The position numbers and the translations under genes were made by a program. 64,000 nucleotides of DNA from the sequence record MZ234040.1. One strand, written 5' to 3'. Below the pieces are notes generated by a model. That model did no database searches and was not told the DNA's origin. It saw only the letters and a list, made by a program, of their open reading frames with translations. This DNA is from Escherichia phage vB_EcoM-G3G7. Below, piece after piece: positions 19,664 to 29,692 of the stretch; the stretch's first letter is position 1, and every line of letters starts with the position of its first letter.

Positions 19664-21841
19664 ATGATTATCACCACTGAAAAAGAAACAATTCTTGGCA
19701 ATGGTTCTAAATCAAAAGCATTTAGCATCACAGCATCTCCTAAAGTATTTAAAATTCTGTCATCTGATTTGTATACAAACAAGATTCGTGCAGTAGTCCG
19801 TGAATTAATTACTAATATGATTGATGCCCATGCACTTAATGGAAATCCTGAAAAATTTATCATACAAGTTCCAGGACGATTAGATCCGCGATTTGTTTGT
19901 CGAGATTTTGGTCCGGGTATGAGTGATTTTGATATTCAGGGTGATGATAATTCTCCTGGGTTATATAATTCATACTTCAGTTCATCTAAGGCTGAATCTA
20001 ATGACTTTATTGGCGGGTTTGGTTTAGGTTCTAAATCTCCGTTTAGTTATACTGATACGTTTAGTATTACTTCGTATCATAAAGGTGAAATTCGTGGTTA
20101 TGTAGCTTACATGGATGGTGATGGCCCACAGATTAAACCTACATTCGTAAAAGAAATGGGTCCAGATGATAAAACTGGTATTGAAATCGTAGTTCCAGTT
20201 GAAGAAAAAGACTTTAGAAACTTTGCTTATGAAGTTTCTTATATCATGCGACCATTCAAAGATTTGGCTATCATTAATGGTCTTGACCGCGAAATTGATT
20301 ATTTTCCGGATTTTGATGATTATTATGGCGTAAATCCAGAAAGATACTGGCCAGATCGTGGTGGATTATATGCTATCTATGGCGGTATTGTTTATCCTAT
20401 CGATGGTGTTATTAGAGACCGTAACTGGCTAAGCATTCGCAATGAAGTGAATTACATTAAGTTTCCAATGGGTTCACTTGATATTGCTCCATCTCGCGAG
20501 GCTCTTTCACTGGATGATCGCACTCGTAAAAATATTATTGAACGAGTTAAAGAACTCAGTGAGAAAGCATTTAATGAAGATGTAAAACGATTTAAAGAAT
20601 CTACATCTCCTCGTCACACATATCGTGAATTGATGAAGATGGGGTATTCTGCTCGAGATTATATGATTAGTAATTCAGTCAAATTCACGACTAAAAATCT
20701 GTCATATAAGAAGATGCAGAGTATGTTTGAACCTGATAGTAAGTTATGCAACGCGGGAGTTGTGTATGAAGTAAATCTTGACCCTCGACTGAAACGCATT
20801 AAGCAAAGCCATGAAACTTCAGCCGTTGCATCAAGTTATCGTCTGTTTGGTATTAATACAACAAAAATTAATATCGTTATTGATAATATTAAAAATCGTG
20901 TTAATATTGTCCGTGGATTAGCACGTGCGTTAGATGATAGTGAATTTAATAACACTTTGAATATTCATCATAACGAACGCCTTCTGTTTATTAACCCAGA
21001 AGTAGAATCACAGATTGATTTACTTCCTGATATTATGGCGATGTTTGAAAGTGATGAAGTTAACATTCATTATTTGTCAGAAATCGAAGCTTTAGTTAAA
21101 AGCTATATTCCAAAGGTAGTTAAAAGTAAAGCTCCTCGTCCTAAAGCTGCTACAGCATTTAAGTTTGAAATTAAAGACGGGCGCTGGGAAAAAGAGGAAT
21201 TATTTACGCTCACATCAGAAGCAGATGAAATTACTGGGTATGTAGCGTATATGCATCGTTCTGATATTTTCTCTATGGATGGTACTACATCTCTTTGTCA
21301 TCCATCTATGAATATTTTGATTCGTATGGCTAATCTTATTGGCATTAATGAGTTTTATGTTATTCGTCCGCTTTTGCAGAAAAAGGTAAAAGAACTCGGT
21401 CAGTGCCAATGTATTTTTGAAACTTTGCGTGATTTATATGTAGATGCTTTTGATGATGTAGATTATGATAAGTACGTAGGTTATTCAAGTTCAGCTCAAC
21501 GATATATTGATAAAATTATCAAGTATCCTGAGTTAGATTTTATGATGAAGTACTTCAGTACAGATGAAGTTTCTGAAGAATATACACGACTCGCTAATAT
21601 AGTTAGTTCATTGCGCGGTGTATATTTTAATGGTGGAAAAGATACCATCGGTCATGACATCTGGACAGTAACTAATCTCTTTGATGAATTATCACGTAAT
21701 GCTTCAAAAAATAGTGATAAAATGGTTGCTGAGTTTACCAAGAAATTCCGTATTGTTTCCGACTTCATCGGTTATCGTAACTCTTTGAGTGATGATGAAG
21801 TTTCCCAAATCGCTAAAACTATGAAGGCCCTTGCGGCCTAA
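19664..21841 (+). CDS. rIIA: rIIA protein
   Basis: 725 aa, exact T4 rIIA length; GAGGA RBS; followed directly by the 312-aa rIIB. Confidence 0.9.
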   Translation: MIITTEKETILGNGSKSKAFSITASPKVFKILSSDLYTNKIRAVVRELITNMIDAHALNGNPEKFIIQVPGRLDPRFVCRDFGPGMSDFDIQGDDNSPGLYNSYFSSSKAESNDFIGGFGLGSKSPFSYTDTFSITSYHKGEIRGYVAYMDGDGPQIKPTFVKEMGPDDKTGIEIVVPVEEKDFRNFAYEVSYIMRPFKDLAIINGLDREIDYFPDFDDYYGVNPERYWPDRGGLYAIYGGIVYPIDGVIRDRNWLSIRNEVNYIKFPMGSLDIAPSREALSLDDRTRKNIIERVKELSEKAFNEDVKRFKESTSPRHTYRELMKMGYSARDYMISNSVKFTTKNLSYKKMQSMFEPDSKLCNAGVVYEVNLDPRLKRIKQSHETSAVASSYRLFGINTTKINIVIDNIKNRVNIVRGLARALDDSEFNNTLNIHHNERLLFINPEVESQIDLLPDIMAMFESDEVNIHYLSEIEALVKSYIPKVVKSKAPRPKAATAFKFEIKDGRWEKEELFTLTSEADEITGYVAYMHRSDIFSMDGTTSLCHPSMNILIRMANLIGINEFYVIRPLLQKKVKELGQCQCIFETLRDLYVDAFDDVDYDKYVGYSSSAQRYIDKIIKYPELDFMMKYFSTDEVSEEYTRLANIVSSLRGVYFNGGKDTIGHDIWTVTNLFDELSRNASKNSDKMVAEFTKKFRIVSDFIGYRNSLSDDEVSQIAKTMKALAA

Positions 21842-21852
21842 TAAGGAAAATT

Positions 21853-22791
21853 ATGTACAATATTAAATGCCTGACCAAAAACGAACAAGCTGAAATTGTT
21901 AAACTGTATTCAAGTGGTAATTACACCCAACAGGAATTGGCTGATTGGCAAGGTGTATCGGTTGACACAATCCGTCGTGTTTTGAAAAATGCCGAAGAAG
22001 CTAAACGCCCTAAAGTTACTATTAGTGGTGATATTACAGTTAAAGTTAATAGCGATGCAGTTATTGCTCCAGTTGCTAAATCTGACATTATTTGGAATGC
22101 ATCTAAAAAATTCATTTCAATTACTGTTGACGGTGTAACTTATAACGCAACTCCTAATACTCATTCAAACTTCCAGGAAATTCTTAATCTGCTTGTAGCG
22201 GATAAGTTGGAAGAAGCGGCACAAAAAATTAATGTTCGTCGCGCTGTTGAAAAATATATTTCCGGCGATGTTCGAATTGAAGGTGGAAGCTTGTTCTATC
22301 AAAATATTGAATTGCGGTCTGGTTTGGTTGATCGTATTCTTGACTCGATGGAAAAAGGCGAAAACTTTGAATTTTATTTTCCGTTCTTGGAAAATCTGTT
22401 GGAAAACCCAAGCCAAAAAGCGGTATCTCGACTCTTTGATTTCTTGGTAGCAAACGATATTGAAATTACAGAAGATGGCTACTTCTATGCTTGGAAAGTA
22501 GTTCGCAGCAATTACTTTGACTGTCACTCAAATACCTTTGATAACAGTCCGGGTAAAGTAGTTAAAATGCCACGTACTCGTGTGAATGACGATGATACAC
22601 AAACTTGTTCTCGTGGTCTGCATGTGTGTTCTAAATCTTATATTCGTCACTTTGGCAATTCAACCAGCCGAGTCGTAAAAGTTAAAGTGCATCCTCGCGA
22701 TGTGGTATCAATTCCGATTGATTACAACGACGCTAAAATGCGTACCTGCCAATACGAAGTAGTTGAAGACGTTACTGAACAATTTAAATAA
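21853..22791 (+). CDS. rIIB: rIIB protein
   Basis: 312 aa, exact T4 rIIB length. Confidence 0.9.
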   Translation: MYNIKCLTKNEQAEIVKLYSSGNYTQQELADWQGVSVDTIRRVLKNAEEAKRPKVTISGDITVKVNSDAVIAPVAKSDIIWNASKKFISITVDGVTYNATPNTHSNFQEILNLLVADKLEEAAQKINVRRAVEKYISGDVRIEGGSLFYQNIELRSGLVDRILDSMEKGENFEFYFPFLENLLENPSQKAVSRLFDFLVANDIEITEDGYFYAWKVVRSNYFDCHSNTFDNSPGKVVKMPRTRVNDDDTQTCSRGLHVCSKSYIRHFGNSTSRVVKVKVHPRDVVSIPIDYNDAKMRTCQYEVVEDVTEQFK

Positions 22792-22805
22792 GGGCTTCGG
22801 CCCTT
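22790..22805 (+). terminator. Hairpin aagggc-ttcg-gccctt (no T-run)
   Basis: Perfect 6-bp stem with UUCG loop at the rIIB stop; the same hairpin recurs at 23019. Confidence 0.4.
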
Positions 22806-22819
22806 AACTAAGGAAAATT

Positions 22820-23014
22820 ATGTTAGGTTATCAAGCACGAGTAAAAGAAGAATACGATCAATTAATGCTCAAAATTAATGCACTGAGTAAATTTTTAGAA
22901 AGCGCAAAGTTTCTAACAGTTAGTGTAGTTGAGCAAGAACTGCTACTTTCACAGTTCATCTCAATGAAATCTTATGCTGAATGTCTAGAGAAAAGAATTG
23001 CACAATTCAAGTAA
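22820..23014 (+). CDS. Hypothetical protein, 64 aa
   Basis: ORF flanked by two copies of the same hairpin. Confidence 0.4.
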   Translation: MLGYQARVKEEYDQLMLKINALSKFLESAKFLTVSVVEQELLLSQFISMKSYAECLEKRIAQFK

Positions 23015-23018
23015 AATA

Positions 23019-23040
23019 AAGGGCTTCGGCCCTTTTGTTT
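23019..23040 (+). terminator. Intrinsic terminator
   Basis: aagggc-ttcg-gccctt followed by TTTTGTTTT. Confidence 0.6.
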
Positions 23041-23052
23041 TAAGGAAAAATT

Positions 23053-23382
23053 ATGATTTATTGTATGAATATCGGTGATTCCGACATAAAAGAGATTAAA
23101 CTGCACGGAAATCATCACGCTAATATTGTGTACTGTAATAAATTTGAGTTTGGTCACGAAAAACTTGGGTTTCTTTACTGTAATGATGTTATAGTCATGG
23201 ATAAAAAGGAGCTCGATGAACTTGACCGCGAGTCTTTAGATGAAAATGACCGAATTTATTACGGCACTCTTAAAGTATATAACGCTTATCTCAGTGGTAA
23301 AAAGGAAAGTCTAAATGCAGAAAACGAATCCGGGTTTACAGAGACTATTTCAGATTCCGACATTTACCCTATCGAACAGTGA
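23053..23382 (+). CDS. Hypothetical protein, 109 aa
   Basis: ORF; overlaps the next gene. Confidence 0.4.
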   Translation: MIYCMNIGDSDIKEIKLHGNHHANIVYCNKFEFGHEKLGFLYCNDVIVMDKKELDELDRESLDENDRIYYGTLKVYNAYLSGKKESLNAENESGFTETISDSDIYPIEQ

Positions 23383-23872
23383 CTTGACTAGTGAAATGAA
23401 GGTCAAAATTGCTGATACTGCAAGATACTCTTTAAAACAAAACCCGAACCAGGATAAAGCAGAAGTTATTGAAAGATGTCGTATTGCTGTATACGCAGAG
23501 TTTTTTGTAGCAGATTGGCTAAGCGGGTATGTTAATAAAGGTCAAGAAGATGTCGATGATCCATATACATACGCGTGGGATGTTTTAGCACATCCAAAAT
23601 ACTGTGGGCTTCGTGTAGAAGTTAAGACACATCAAACTGGCTCACGTTGGATTTCTGTAACAACAGGATGCAGCGGAGAGTATCCATACGGTTCTGGAAT
23701 AAATCTAGGGCCCATTTTAAATCATCAAGTCGCTGACTGTATAATTATATTCAACACTAAAGAAATTCATCCAGGTGTTATCCAGTACACTCCGAAGTTC
23801 ATCGGTGACAGAGAAGACCTTCGTAAGGTTGTAAGAAAAAGCAACTACAATGGATGGTATCTTTCCATTTAA
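23315..23872 (+). CDS. denB: Endonuclease IV DenB-like
   Basis: 185 aa as T4 DenB; downstream of rIIB as in T4. Confidence 0.55.
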   Translation: MQKTNPGLQRLFQIPTFTLSNSDLTSEMKVKIADTARYSLKQNPNQDKAEVIERCRIAVYAEFFVADWLSGYVNKGQEDVDDPYTYAWDVLAHPKYCGLRVEVKTHQTGSRWISVTTGCSGEYPYGSGINLGPILNHQVADCIIIFNTKEIHPGVIQYTPKFIGDREDLRKVVRKSNYNGWYLSI

Positions 23873-23889
23873 AAAATTTTCACAAAACA

Positions 23890-23919
23890 GTTTACATACC
23901 ACAAGGACCGTGGTACTAT
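23890..23919 (+). promoter_or_regulatory. T4-type early promoter with AT-rich upstream element
   Basis: AAAAAATTTTCACAAAAC then GTTTAC 23890-23895, 18-nt spacer, TACTAT 23914-23919. Confidence 0.6.
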
Positions 23920-23946
23920 ACAACTATCAGCTACGGAGGAGTAAAA

Positions 23947-24210
23947 ATGAAATTTAAATTTTATTACGCTAAACATAAAATTACCGGTGAATTTATTGCA
24001 TTTACGACTTCAACTACAGATGAAGGAGATATTTTTACTGCAGTATTTTTATCAAAATGGGAATCAGATCAACCTTACTTATCATCACGTGAAGATCTCC
24101 AACGATTAGTTAATGGAGAATATAATGATTCATGGTCATATTTAGTCCATGATTGTGTTAAAAAGGCAATAAAACAAAAACACTTGGAAATCGTTGAGAT
24201 TGAACTATGA
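23947..24210 (+). CDS. Hypothetical protein, 87 aa
   Basis: ATG 23947 after GGAGGA. Confidence 0.45.
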   Translation: MKFKFYYAKHKITGEFIAFTTSTTDEGDIFTAVFLSKWESDQPYLSSREDLQRLVNGEYNDSWSYLVHDCVKKAIKQKHLEIVEIEL

Positions 24211-24289
24211 GTTCATTATGTTGGTGTTTTGTTTGGTTAATTAGTATTCCAGTAATTTGTTTAACATTTACTTTTGTGATGAGGTTATT

Positions 24290-24388
24290 ATGAAAATTTT
24301 GAATTCTGTACTTATTGCTTGTGCGTGGTGGGTTGCACAGGTTTCAGCGGTAGTAGTTGGTATTCACATTTATTACGAATATTTTTAA
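24290..24388 (+). CDS. Tiny hydrophobic peptide, 32 aa
   Basis: GAGG RBS; single hydrophobic helix; below ORF-track cut-off. Confidence 0.3.
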   Translation: MKILNSVLIACAWWVAQVSAVVVGIHIYYEYF

Positions 24389-24396
24389 AAAAAGTT

Positions 24397-24426
24397 GTTT
24401 ACAAGACTGTTCTTCCGTGGTACTAT
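24397..24426 (+). promoter_or_regulatory. T4-type early promoter
   Basis: GTTTAC 24397-24402, 18-nt spacer, TACTAT 24421-24426. Confidence 0.55.
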
Positions 24427-24454
24427 TACCCTATCAACTACGGAGGAACAGAAA

Positions 24455-24568
24455 ATGAAAAAGATTGTTAAAGCTATATGGAATGTAGTTATAATACTAG
24501 TAGTTTTGAGTATATTCCCAATCGTTTTAATGATTGATGTATTAAACGCTTACTTTGGATTTATGTGA
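24455..24568 (+). CDS. Tiny hydrophobic peptide, 37 aa
   Basis: GGAGGA RBS; one transmembrane-like helix. Confidence 0.35.
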   Translation: MKKIVKAIWNVVIILVVLSIFPIVLMIDVLNAYFGFM

Positions 24569-24575
24569 GGAAAAT

Positions 24576-24773
24576 ATGAAGCGTAAACGCAGTGCTTTTA
24601 CATTTATTGAATGGTTTTTCGATAATATTTTTCCGGCTTTATTCATTTTCATGCTGATTTTTGCCTTAGGTTCAGTTGTAGTTGGAATCTATTTGATGAC
24701 AGTAGTCGGAATTGATATTCATCAAAATGGTTTAAAATCAGTGGTTGAAACAATTTGGAATGGTGTAAAATGA
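24576..24773 (+). CDS. Small membrane protein, 65 aa
   Basis: GAGGA RBS; hydrophobic core. Confidence 0.4.
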   Translation: MKRKRSAFTFIEWFFDNIFPALFIFMLIFALGSVVVGIYLMTVVGIDIHQNGLKSVVETIWNGVK

Positions 24774-24880
24774 TGAATTTGCTGAGCGGTTGGTTTTATA
24801 TTCTTATGTTTTACATTGGTGCAAATTTTCCATATTGGATGGGATGGTCAACAACTGCGTTTGGATTTTATACTCCTTGA
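24770..24880 (+). CDS. Tiny hydrophobic peptide, 36 aa
   Basis: ATG overlapping previous stop; aromatic/hydrophobic. Confidence 0.3.
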   Translation: MMNLLSGWFYILMFYIGANFPYWMGWSTTAFGFYTP

Positions 24881-24888
24881 GGTGAATT

Positions 24889-25104
24889 ATGAAAATCTTT
24901 AAAGATGTAAAAGTTGGTGAAATTTTTTGCTTGGATAGTGGTGATCAGTTAATTCGTATTTCACCTCTTAAGAGCACCAGCGAGAAAATGACAGTTAACG
25001 CTACTTTAGCAAACAACAGTAATGAACGTTTCTGTATTGAAAATGATACTGAAACTTATACCGTAGAAGAGTTTTGGGAATTGAGCGTCGACTGCGACGA
25101 TTAA
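24889..25104 (+). CDS. Hypothetical protein, 71 aa
   Basis: ORF with GAGG upstream. Confidence 0.4.
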   Translation: MKIFKDVKVGEIFCLDSGDQLIRISPLKSTSEKMTVNATLANNSNERFCIENDTETYTVEEFWELSVDCDD

Positions 25105-25164
25105 TTTAATGGCCGTGTGTATTCATGCGGCCTTGGAGTAGAAAATAATTTAGAGGAAATTAAT

Positions 25165-25623
25165 ATGAAATACATGACTGTTACTGATTTGAACAATGCA
25201 GGCGCAACTGTTATTGGTACAATCAAGGGTGGTGAGTGGTTTTTGGGAACTCCGCACAAAGACATTTTGTCTAAACCTGGATTTTACTTTTTAGTAAGTA
25301 AATTAGATGGTCGTCCATTTAGTAATCCATGTGTGTCTGCGCGATTTTATGTAGGTAATCAGCGTTCTAAGCAAGGATTCAGTGCAGTTCTAAGTCATAT
25401 TCGTCAACGTCGGTCTCAGCTTGCACGTACTATTGCAAATAACAATGTTCCATACACAGTATTTTATCTGCCTGCTTCTAAGATGAAACCTCTGACGACG
25501 GGATTTGGAAAAGGACAGTTAGCTTTAGCGTTTACTCGTAATCATCATTCTGAGTATCAAACACTTGAAGAAATGAACCGTATGTTGGCTGATAATTTTA
25601 AATTCGTTTTGCAGGTATATTAA
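25165..25623 (+). CDS. ndd: Nucleoid disruption protein Ndd-like
   Basis: 152 aa from ATG 25165 after AGAGGA; size and position match T4 Ndd. Confidence 0.55.
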
Positions 25624-25682
25624 TGAGTAATTTCCACAACGAACACGTGATGCAGTTCTATCGTAATAATCTTAAAACTAAA

Positions 25683-25698
25683 GGCGTCTTCGGACGCC
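25683..25698 (+). terminator. Hairpin ggcgtc-ttcg-gacgcc (no T-run)
   Basis: Perfect 6-bp GC-rich stem with UUCG loop. Confidence 0.3.
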
Positions 25699-25710
25699 AG
25701 TGAGGAAAAT

Positions 25711-25869
25711 ATGAATATTGCAAAATTATTAGGAGTTATTTCATTTATTTGTTGGATAGTAGCATGTGTTTTAACTATCTGTATTGATGCCAGCAGTGTG
25801 TTTTCGCAAGCTTTAGCTCAGGGTATGTGTGCATATTTAACATTTGTGTTGTTATCTACTAATGATTAA
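25711..25869 (+). CDS. Small membrane protein, 52 aa (ac-like position)
   Basis: GAGGAAA RBS; hydrophobic. Confidence 0.35.
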   Translation: MNIAKLLGVISFICWIVACVLTICIDASSVFSQALAQGMCAYLTFVLLSTND

Positions 25870-26006
25870 GAAAATCTTGGGCTATTCATTAGCCCTTGCT
25901 ATTTTATTGATAGCATTATATTACGGAATAATGTTCGGATTAATTCAAGTCGTGCTTTTCATTTCTGATGTTATTATGGCACTACATTCACTAGTATGGT
26001 AAATTT

Positions 26007-27335
26007 ATGCAACTGAATAATCGTGATTTAAAAAGTATCATTGATAATGAAGCATTGGCTTATGCTATGTACACGGTTGAAAATCGTGCCATTCCAAATA
26101 TGATTGACGGATTTAAGCCAGTTCAACGATTTGTTATTGCTCGAGCTCTTGATTTGGCACGAGGAAATAAAGATAAGTTTCACAAACTCGCTTCTATCGC
26201 AGGCGGTGTAGCGGACCTTGGATATCACCATGGCGAAAACTCTGCGCAAGACGCAGGTGCTTTGATGGCTAACACTTGGAATAATAACTTTCCTCTGTTA
26301 GATGGTCAAGGAAACTTTGGTTCTCGTACCGTCCAAAAAGCAGCAGCAAGTCGTTATATTTTTGCTCGTGTAAGTAAAAATTTCTATAACGTATATAAAG
26401 ATACTGAATATGCTCCGGTACATCAAGATAAAGAACACATTCCGCCTGCTTTCTATTTGCCTATTATTCCTACTGTTCTTCTTAATGGCGTTTCCGGTAT
26501 TGCAACTGGTTATGCAACTTACATTCTTCCTCATAGTGTTTCTTCTGTCAAGAAAGCTGTACTGCAAGCTCTTCAAGGAAAGAAAGTAACTAAACCGAAG
26601 GTAGAATTCCCAGAATTTCGTGGTGAAGTCGTTGAAATTGATGGGCAATATGAAATTCGTGGAACATATAAGTTTACTTCACGAACTCAAATGCATATCA
26701 CTGAGATTCCATATAAGTATGATCGTGAAACTTATGTGAGTAAAATCTTAGACCCGCTTGAAGATAAAGGCTTCATTACATGGGATGATGCTTGTGGTGA
26801 GCATGGCTTTGGCTTCAAAGTTAAATTCCGAAAAGAATACTCTTTGAGCGATAATGAAGAAGAACGCCATGCAAAAATTATGAAAGACTTCGGACTGATT
26901 GAGCGTCGTTCTCAGAATATTACAGTCATTAATGAGAAAGGAAAGCTGCAAGTTTACGATAACGTAGTTGATTTAATCAAAGACTTCGTTGAAGTTCGTA
27001 AAACTTATGTCCAAAAACGAATTGATAACAAAATCAAAGAAACTGAATCAGCATTTCGTTTAGCTTTTGCCAAGGCACATTTCATTAAGAAAGTAATTTC
27101 AGGTGAAATTGTTGTACAAGGTAAAACTCGCAAAGAACTGACCGAAGAACTTTCTAAAATTGATATGTATTCTTCTTATGTTGATAAACTAGTTGGAATG
27201 AACATTTTTCATATGACTTCCGACGAAGCAAAGAAACTTGCTGAAGAAGCTAAAGCCAAAAAAGAAGAAAACGAATATTGGAAAACTACTGATGTAGTTA
27301 CAGAATACACCAAAGATTTAGAGGAAATCAAATGA
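26007..27335 (+). CDS. 52: DNA topoisomerase II medium subunit gp52 (GyrA-like)
   Basis: 442 aa as T4 gp52. Confidence 0.85.
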   Translation: MQLNNRDLKSIIDNEALAYAMYTVENRAIPNMIDGFKPVQRFVIARALDLARGNKDKFHKLASIAGGVADLGYHHGENSAQDAGALMANTWNNNFPLLDGQGNFGSRTVQKAAASRYIFARVSKNFYNVYKDTEYAPVHQDKEHIPPAFYLPIIPTVLLNGVSGIATGYATYILPHSVSSVKKAVLQALQGKKVTKPKVEFPEFRGEVVEIDGQYEIRGTYKFTSRTQMHITEIPYKYDRETYVSKILDPLEDKGFITWDDACGEHGFGFKVKFRKEYSLSDNEEERHAKIMKDFGLIERRSQNITVINEKGKLQVYDNVVDLIKDFVEVRKTYVQKRIDNKIKETESAFRLAFAKAHFIKKVISGEIVVQGKTRKELTEELSKIDMYSSYVDKLVGMNIFHMTSDEAKKLAEEAKAKKEENEYWKTTDVVTEYTKDLEEIK

Positions 27336-27481
27336 GTCCATTCATAGGTATTACAAGCGCGGCATTAGTATCTGGTGGCATTTTACTGGCGGGTTTAGGT
27401 GTTGTTCCTGCCGTAGCAGGAGGTCTTCTTGCGTTCGGCATTCAACGTGTTATCATGACAGTTATCACAGTCATGCAGTAA
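27332..27481 (+). CDS. Small membrane protein, 49 aa
   Basis: ATG overlapping the gene 52 stop; Gly/Ala-rich hydrophobic. Confidence 0.35.
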   Translation: MSPFIGITSAALVSGGILLAGLGVVPAVAGGLLAFGIQRVIMTVITVMQ

Positions 27482-27486
27482 TTTTA

Positions 27487-27512
27487 GGGAGAGCCGAGGC
27501 TCTCCCTTTTTT
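27487..27512 (+). terminator. Intrinsic terminator
   Basis: gggagagc-cgag-gctctccc followed by TTTTTT. Confidence 0.7.
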
Positions 27513-27536
27513 ATTTCAAAAATTTTTCACAAAACG

Positions 27537-27566
27537 GTTTACAACCAAAGCATACTGTGGTACTAT
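27537..27566 (+). promoter_or_regulatory. T4-type early promoter with AT-rich upstream element
   Basis: AAAAATTTTTCACAAAAC, GTTTAC 27537-27542, 18-nt spacer, TACTAT 27561-27566. Confidence 0.6.
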
Positions 27567-27614
27567 ACAACTATCAAATAAATGAACTGAAACAAACAAC
27601 CCGGAGATACAAAA

Positions 27615-27842
27615 ATGAAATTTAAAATCGAAAACGAAATCGTTAAAGCTAAAAATGCTCTGACTGCTAACAAACTGGTTGTAGATGGTATTGAATATGA
27701 TATCTGTGGAGTTCGTGAAGAAAAACCTGGTGTTCTGACTTTCTTCACAATGATTTTTAAATTTAAAGGTGACACAGAATTCAAACAGTTTGATTTTGCC
27801 CATGAAGACGAAATCGAAGTTCGTAATCTGAACATTAAGTAA
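27615..27842 (+). CDS. Hypothetical protein, 75 aa
   Basis: GGAGA RBS; flanked by near-identical promoter-leader repeats. Confidence 0.45.
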   Translation: MKFKIENEIVKAKNALTANKLVVDGIEYDICGVREEKPGVLTFFTMIFKFKGDTEFKQFDFAHEDEIEVRNLNIK

Positions 27843-27881
27843 GTACTTTATTAGAGCTCTTGAAAAAGAGTGCAAAAAAGT

Positions 27882-27910
27882 GTTTACTTCTGCTTTAAAC
27901 ATGATACTAT
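27882..27910 (+). promoter_or_regulatory. T4-type early promoter
   Basis: GTTTAC 27882-27887, 17-nt spacer, TACTAT 27905-27910; leader shares CTATCAAATAAATGAACTGAAAC with 27566-27594. Confidence 0.55.
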
Positions 27911-27947
27911 AGACCTATCAAATAAATGAACTGAAACGGAGATTAAA

Positions 27948-28583
27948 ATGTCTAAAGTAACTTACATCATCAAAGCTTCTAACGATGTTCTGAATGAAAA
28001 AACTGCTGCGATTTTAATTACTATTGCTAAGAAAGATTTCATTACAGCTGCAGAAGTTCGTGAGGTGCATCCAGATTTAGGTAACGCAGTAGTTAATAGT
28101 AATATTGGGGTATTGATTAAAAAAGGCCTGGTGGAGAAATCTGGTGATGGATTAATCATTACGGGTGAAGCTCAGGATATTATTTCAAATGCAGCAACTT
28201 TATACGCACAGGAAAACGCTCCGGAACTGCTGAAAAAACGAGCAACTCGTAAAGCTCGTGAGATTACTTCTGATATGGAAGAAGATAAAGACCTCATGTT
28301 AAAACTTTTAGATGAAAATGGATTTGTTCTTAAAAAGGTTGAAACTTATCGTAGTAATTATCTCGCTATTTTAGAAAAACGCACTCACGGAATTCGTAAT
28401 TTTGAAATTAACAACAATGGAAATATGCGAATTTTTGGATACAAAATGATGGAACATCATATTCAGAAATTTACTGACATCGGAATGTCATGTAAAATCG
28501 CTAAAAACGGTAATGTGTATCTTGACATTAAACGCTCGGCAGAAAACATTGAAGCTGTAATCACTGTAGCATCTGAACTGTGA
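27948..28583 (+). CDS. motA: Middle-transcription activator MotA
   Basis: 211 aa as T4 MotA. Confidence 0.85.
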   Translation: MSKVTYIIKASNDVLNEKTAAILITIAKKDFITAAEVREVHPDLGNAVVNSNIGVLIKKGLVEKSGDGLIITGEAQDIISNAATLYAQENAPELLKKRATRKAREITSDMEEDKDLMLKLLDENGFVLKKVETYRSNYLAILEKRTHGIRNFEINNNGNMRIFGYKMMEHHIQKFTDIGMSCKIAKNGNVYLDIKRSAENIEAVITVASEL

Positions 28584-28593
28584 GGAATAAATA

Positions 28594-28938
28594 ATGAACA
28601 AGTTAGAAATTGTCAATGAACTTCGTCGTTGTGCAGAACCCACTCAGGAGGGGTGGGACATCTGGTACCATGGGGCTTATCTTGGAACTATTGTTAAGGT
28701 TAGAACTGGGTTATATTTAATTATTCGTGAAAATTCTGAATTACCTAACGGAGTAGCTCCTGGCGGTGTACGTAAAAACTTCATGGCAGCGATAAGTTCC
28801 TTTACGGATGCAGCTTACGAAATTTACCTTGCTGATTATAAAGAATTTCAGGAATCTCAACCAGTTATTCGCTCAATTGGCGTTAACAAAGCTCAACAGA
28901 AAACTTTGTGGCAACGTATTAAAGGATGGTTTAAATGA
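28594..28938 (+). CDS. Hypothetical protein, 114 aa
   Basis: ORF with GAGGAA upstream. Confidence 0.45.
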   Translation: MNKLEIVNELRRCAEPTQEGWDIWYHGAYLGTIVKVRTGLYLIIRENSELPNGVAPGGVRKNFMAAISSFTDAAYEIYLADYKEFQESQPVIRSIGVNKAQQKTLWQRIKGWFK

Positions 28939-29396
28939 AAACTTTTAAAGAACGTTTAGCTCTGTTAGATAAAGCTTTGTCACGTGAGACTCCAGAAAGT
29001 CTGGCTGCTAAATTAGCTTCTTACAGCGGTGAATATACAGAAGAAGATATTTTAAAAGAAGTTCCTGAAATCTGTTGGCAGACCGCATACTGGGATGAAA
29101 ATCAAAAGTATCAACGAAGAATTGTTTGCGCAGCCAATCGTTTTAAATTAAAAGATGGACGAACTCTTGTTATTCCAGGTGCTCGTCATTATTCTAAAGA
29201 TATGGCAGAAGTTTTAGATGTAGTTAAACCTCAATTAGTTACTCAACAAGTTTGTGGTGAAGACCAAGGATTTATTGACCAGTATAGCAATTACTGTACA
29301 CGTGAAGAAGCAATGATTATTGCAACTTACGCTGGACAAGTGCGTATTGAACGTGGTGGTAGTGAAAAAGAACTTTACTCTGAGGACCTTTACTAA
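28935..29396 (+). CDS. Hypothetical protein, 153 aa
   Basis: ORF with overlapping start. Confidence 0.45.
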   Translation: MKTFKERLALLDKALSRETPESLAAKLASYSGEYTEEDILKEVPEICWQTAYWDENQKYQRRIVCAANRFKLKDGRTLVIPGARHYSKDMAEVLDVVKPQLVTQQVCGEDQGFIDQYSNYCTREEAMIIATYAGQVRIERGGSEKELYSEDLY

Positions 29397-29692
29397 TGAA
29401 TATTAAAAAGTTTCAAATTGATGGAATTAAGAATCAAATCCAGGCGTTGGAATATGCCAATAAAATGATGTCAACTAATTGGGGAATTTATACAAATGAA
29501 CCGGCATTTCAGTTCTGTGATATGGAATTCACTAAAAAGCTCGTAGGAAAAGATTATGTATGTCCATTTAGTTATCCAGTAAATGGAATGCTAAAACTTG
29601 CTTTACGCGATCTTTATATTGCGATGAACGAAGAGATGATAAAAGAGCTAAAACGCCAACTGAAGGTGATTCAAATTGGCCAGGGAAATTAA
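29396..29692 (+). CDS. Hypothetical protein, 98 aa
   Basis: ORF only. Confidence 0.45.
   Translation: MNIKKFQIDGIKNQIQALEYANKMMSTNWGIYTNEPAFQFCDMEFTKKLVGKDYVCPFSYPVNGMLKLALRDLYIAMNEEMIKELKRQLKVIQIGQGN

Noticed and set aside
22165-22527. Overlapping minus- and plus-strand ORFs inside rIIB (22165-22527, 22229-22453, 22232-22450)
   Set aside because: Internal to rIIB, which matches T4 rIIB length exactly; alternative frames.
27516-27902. Minus-strand ORFs of 128 and 90 aa covering the 27615-27842 gene and its promoters
   Set aside because: They span two plus-strand promoters and a terminator; no RBS; the plus-strand gene has an RBS and sensible context.
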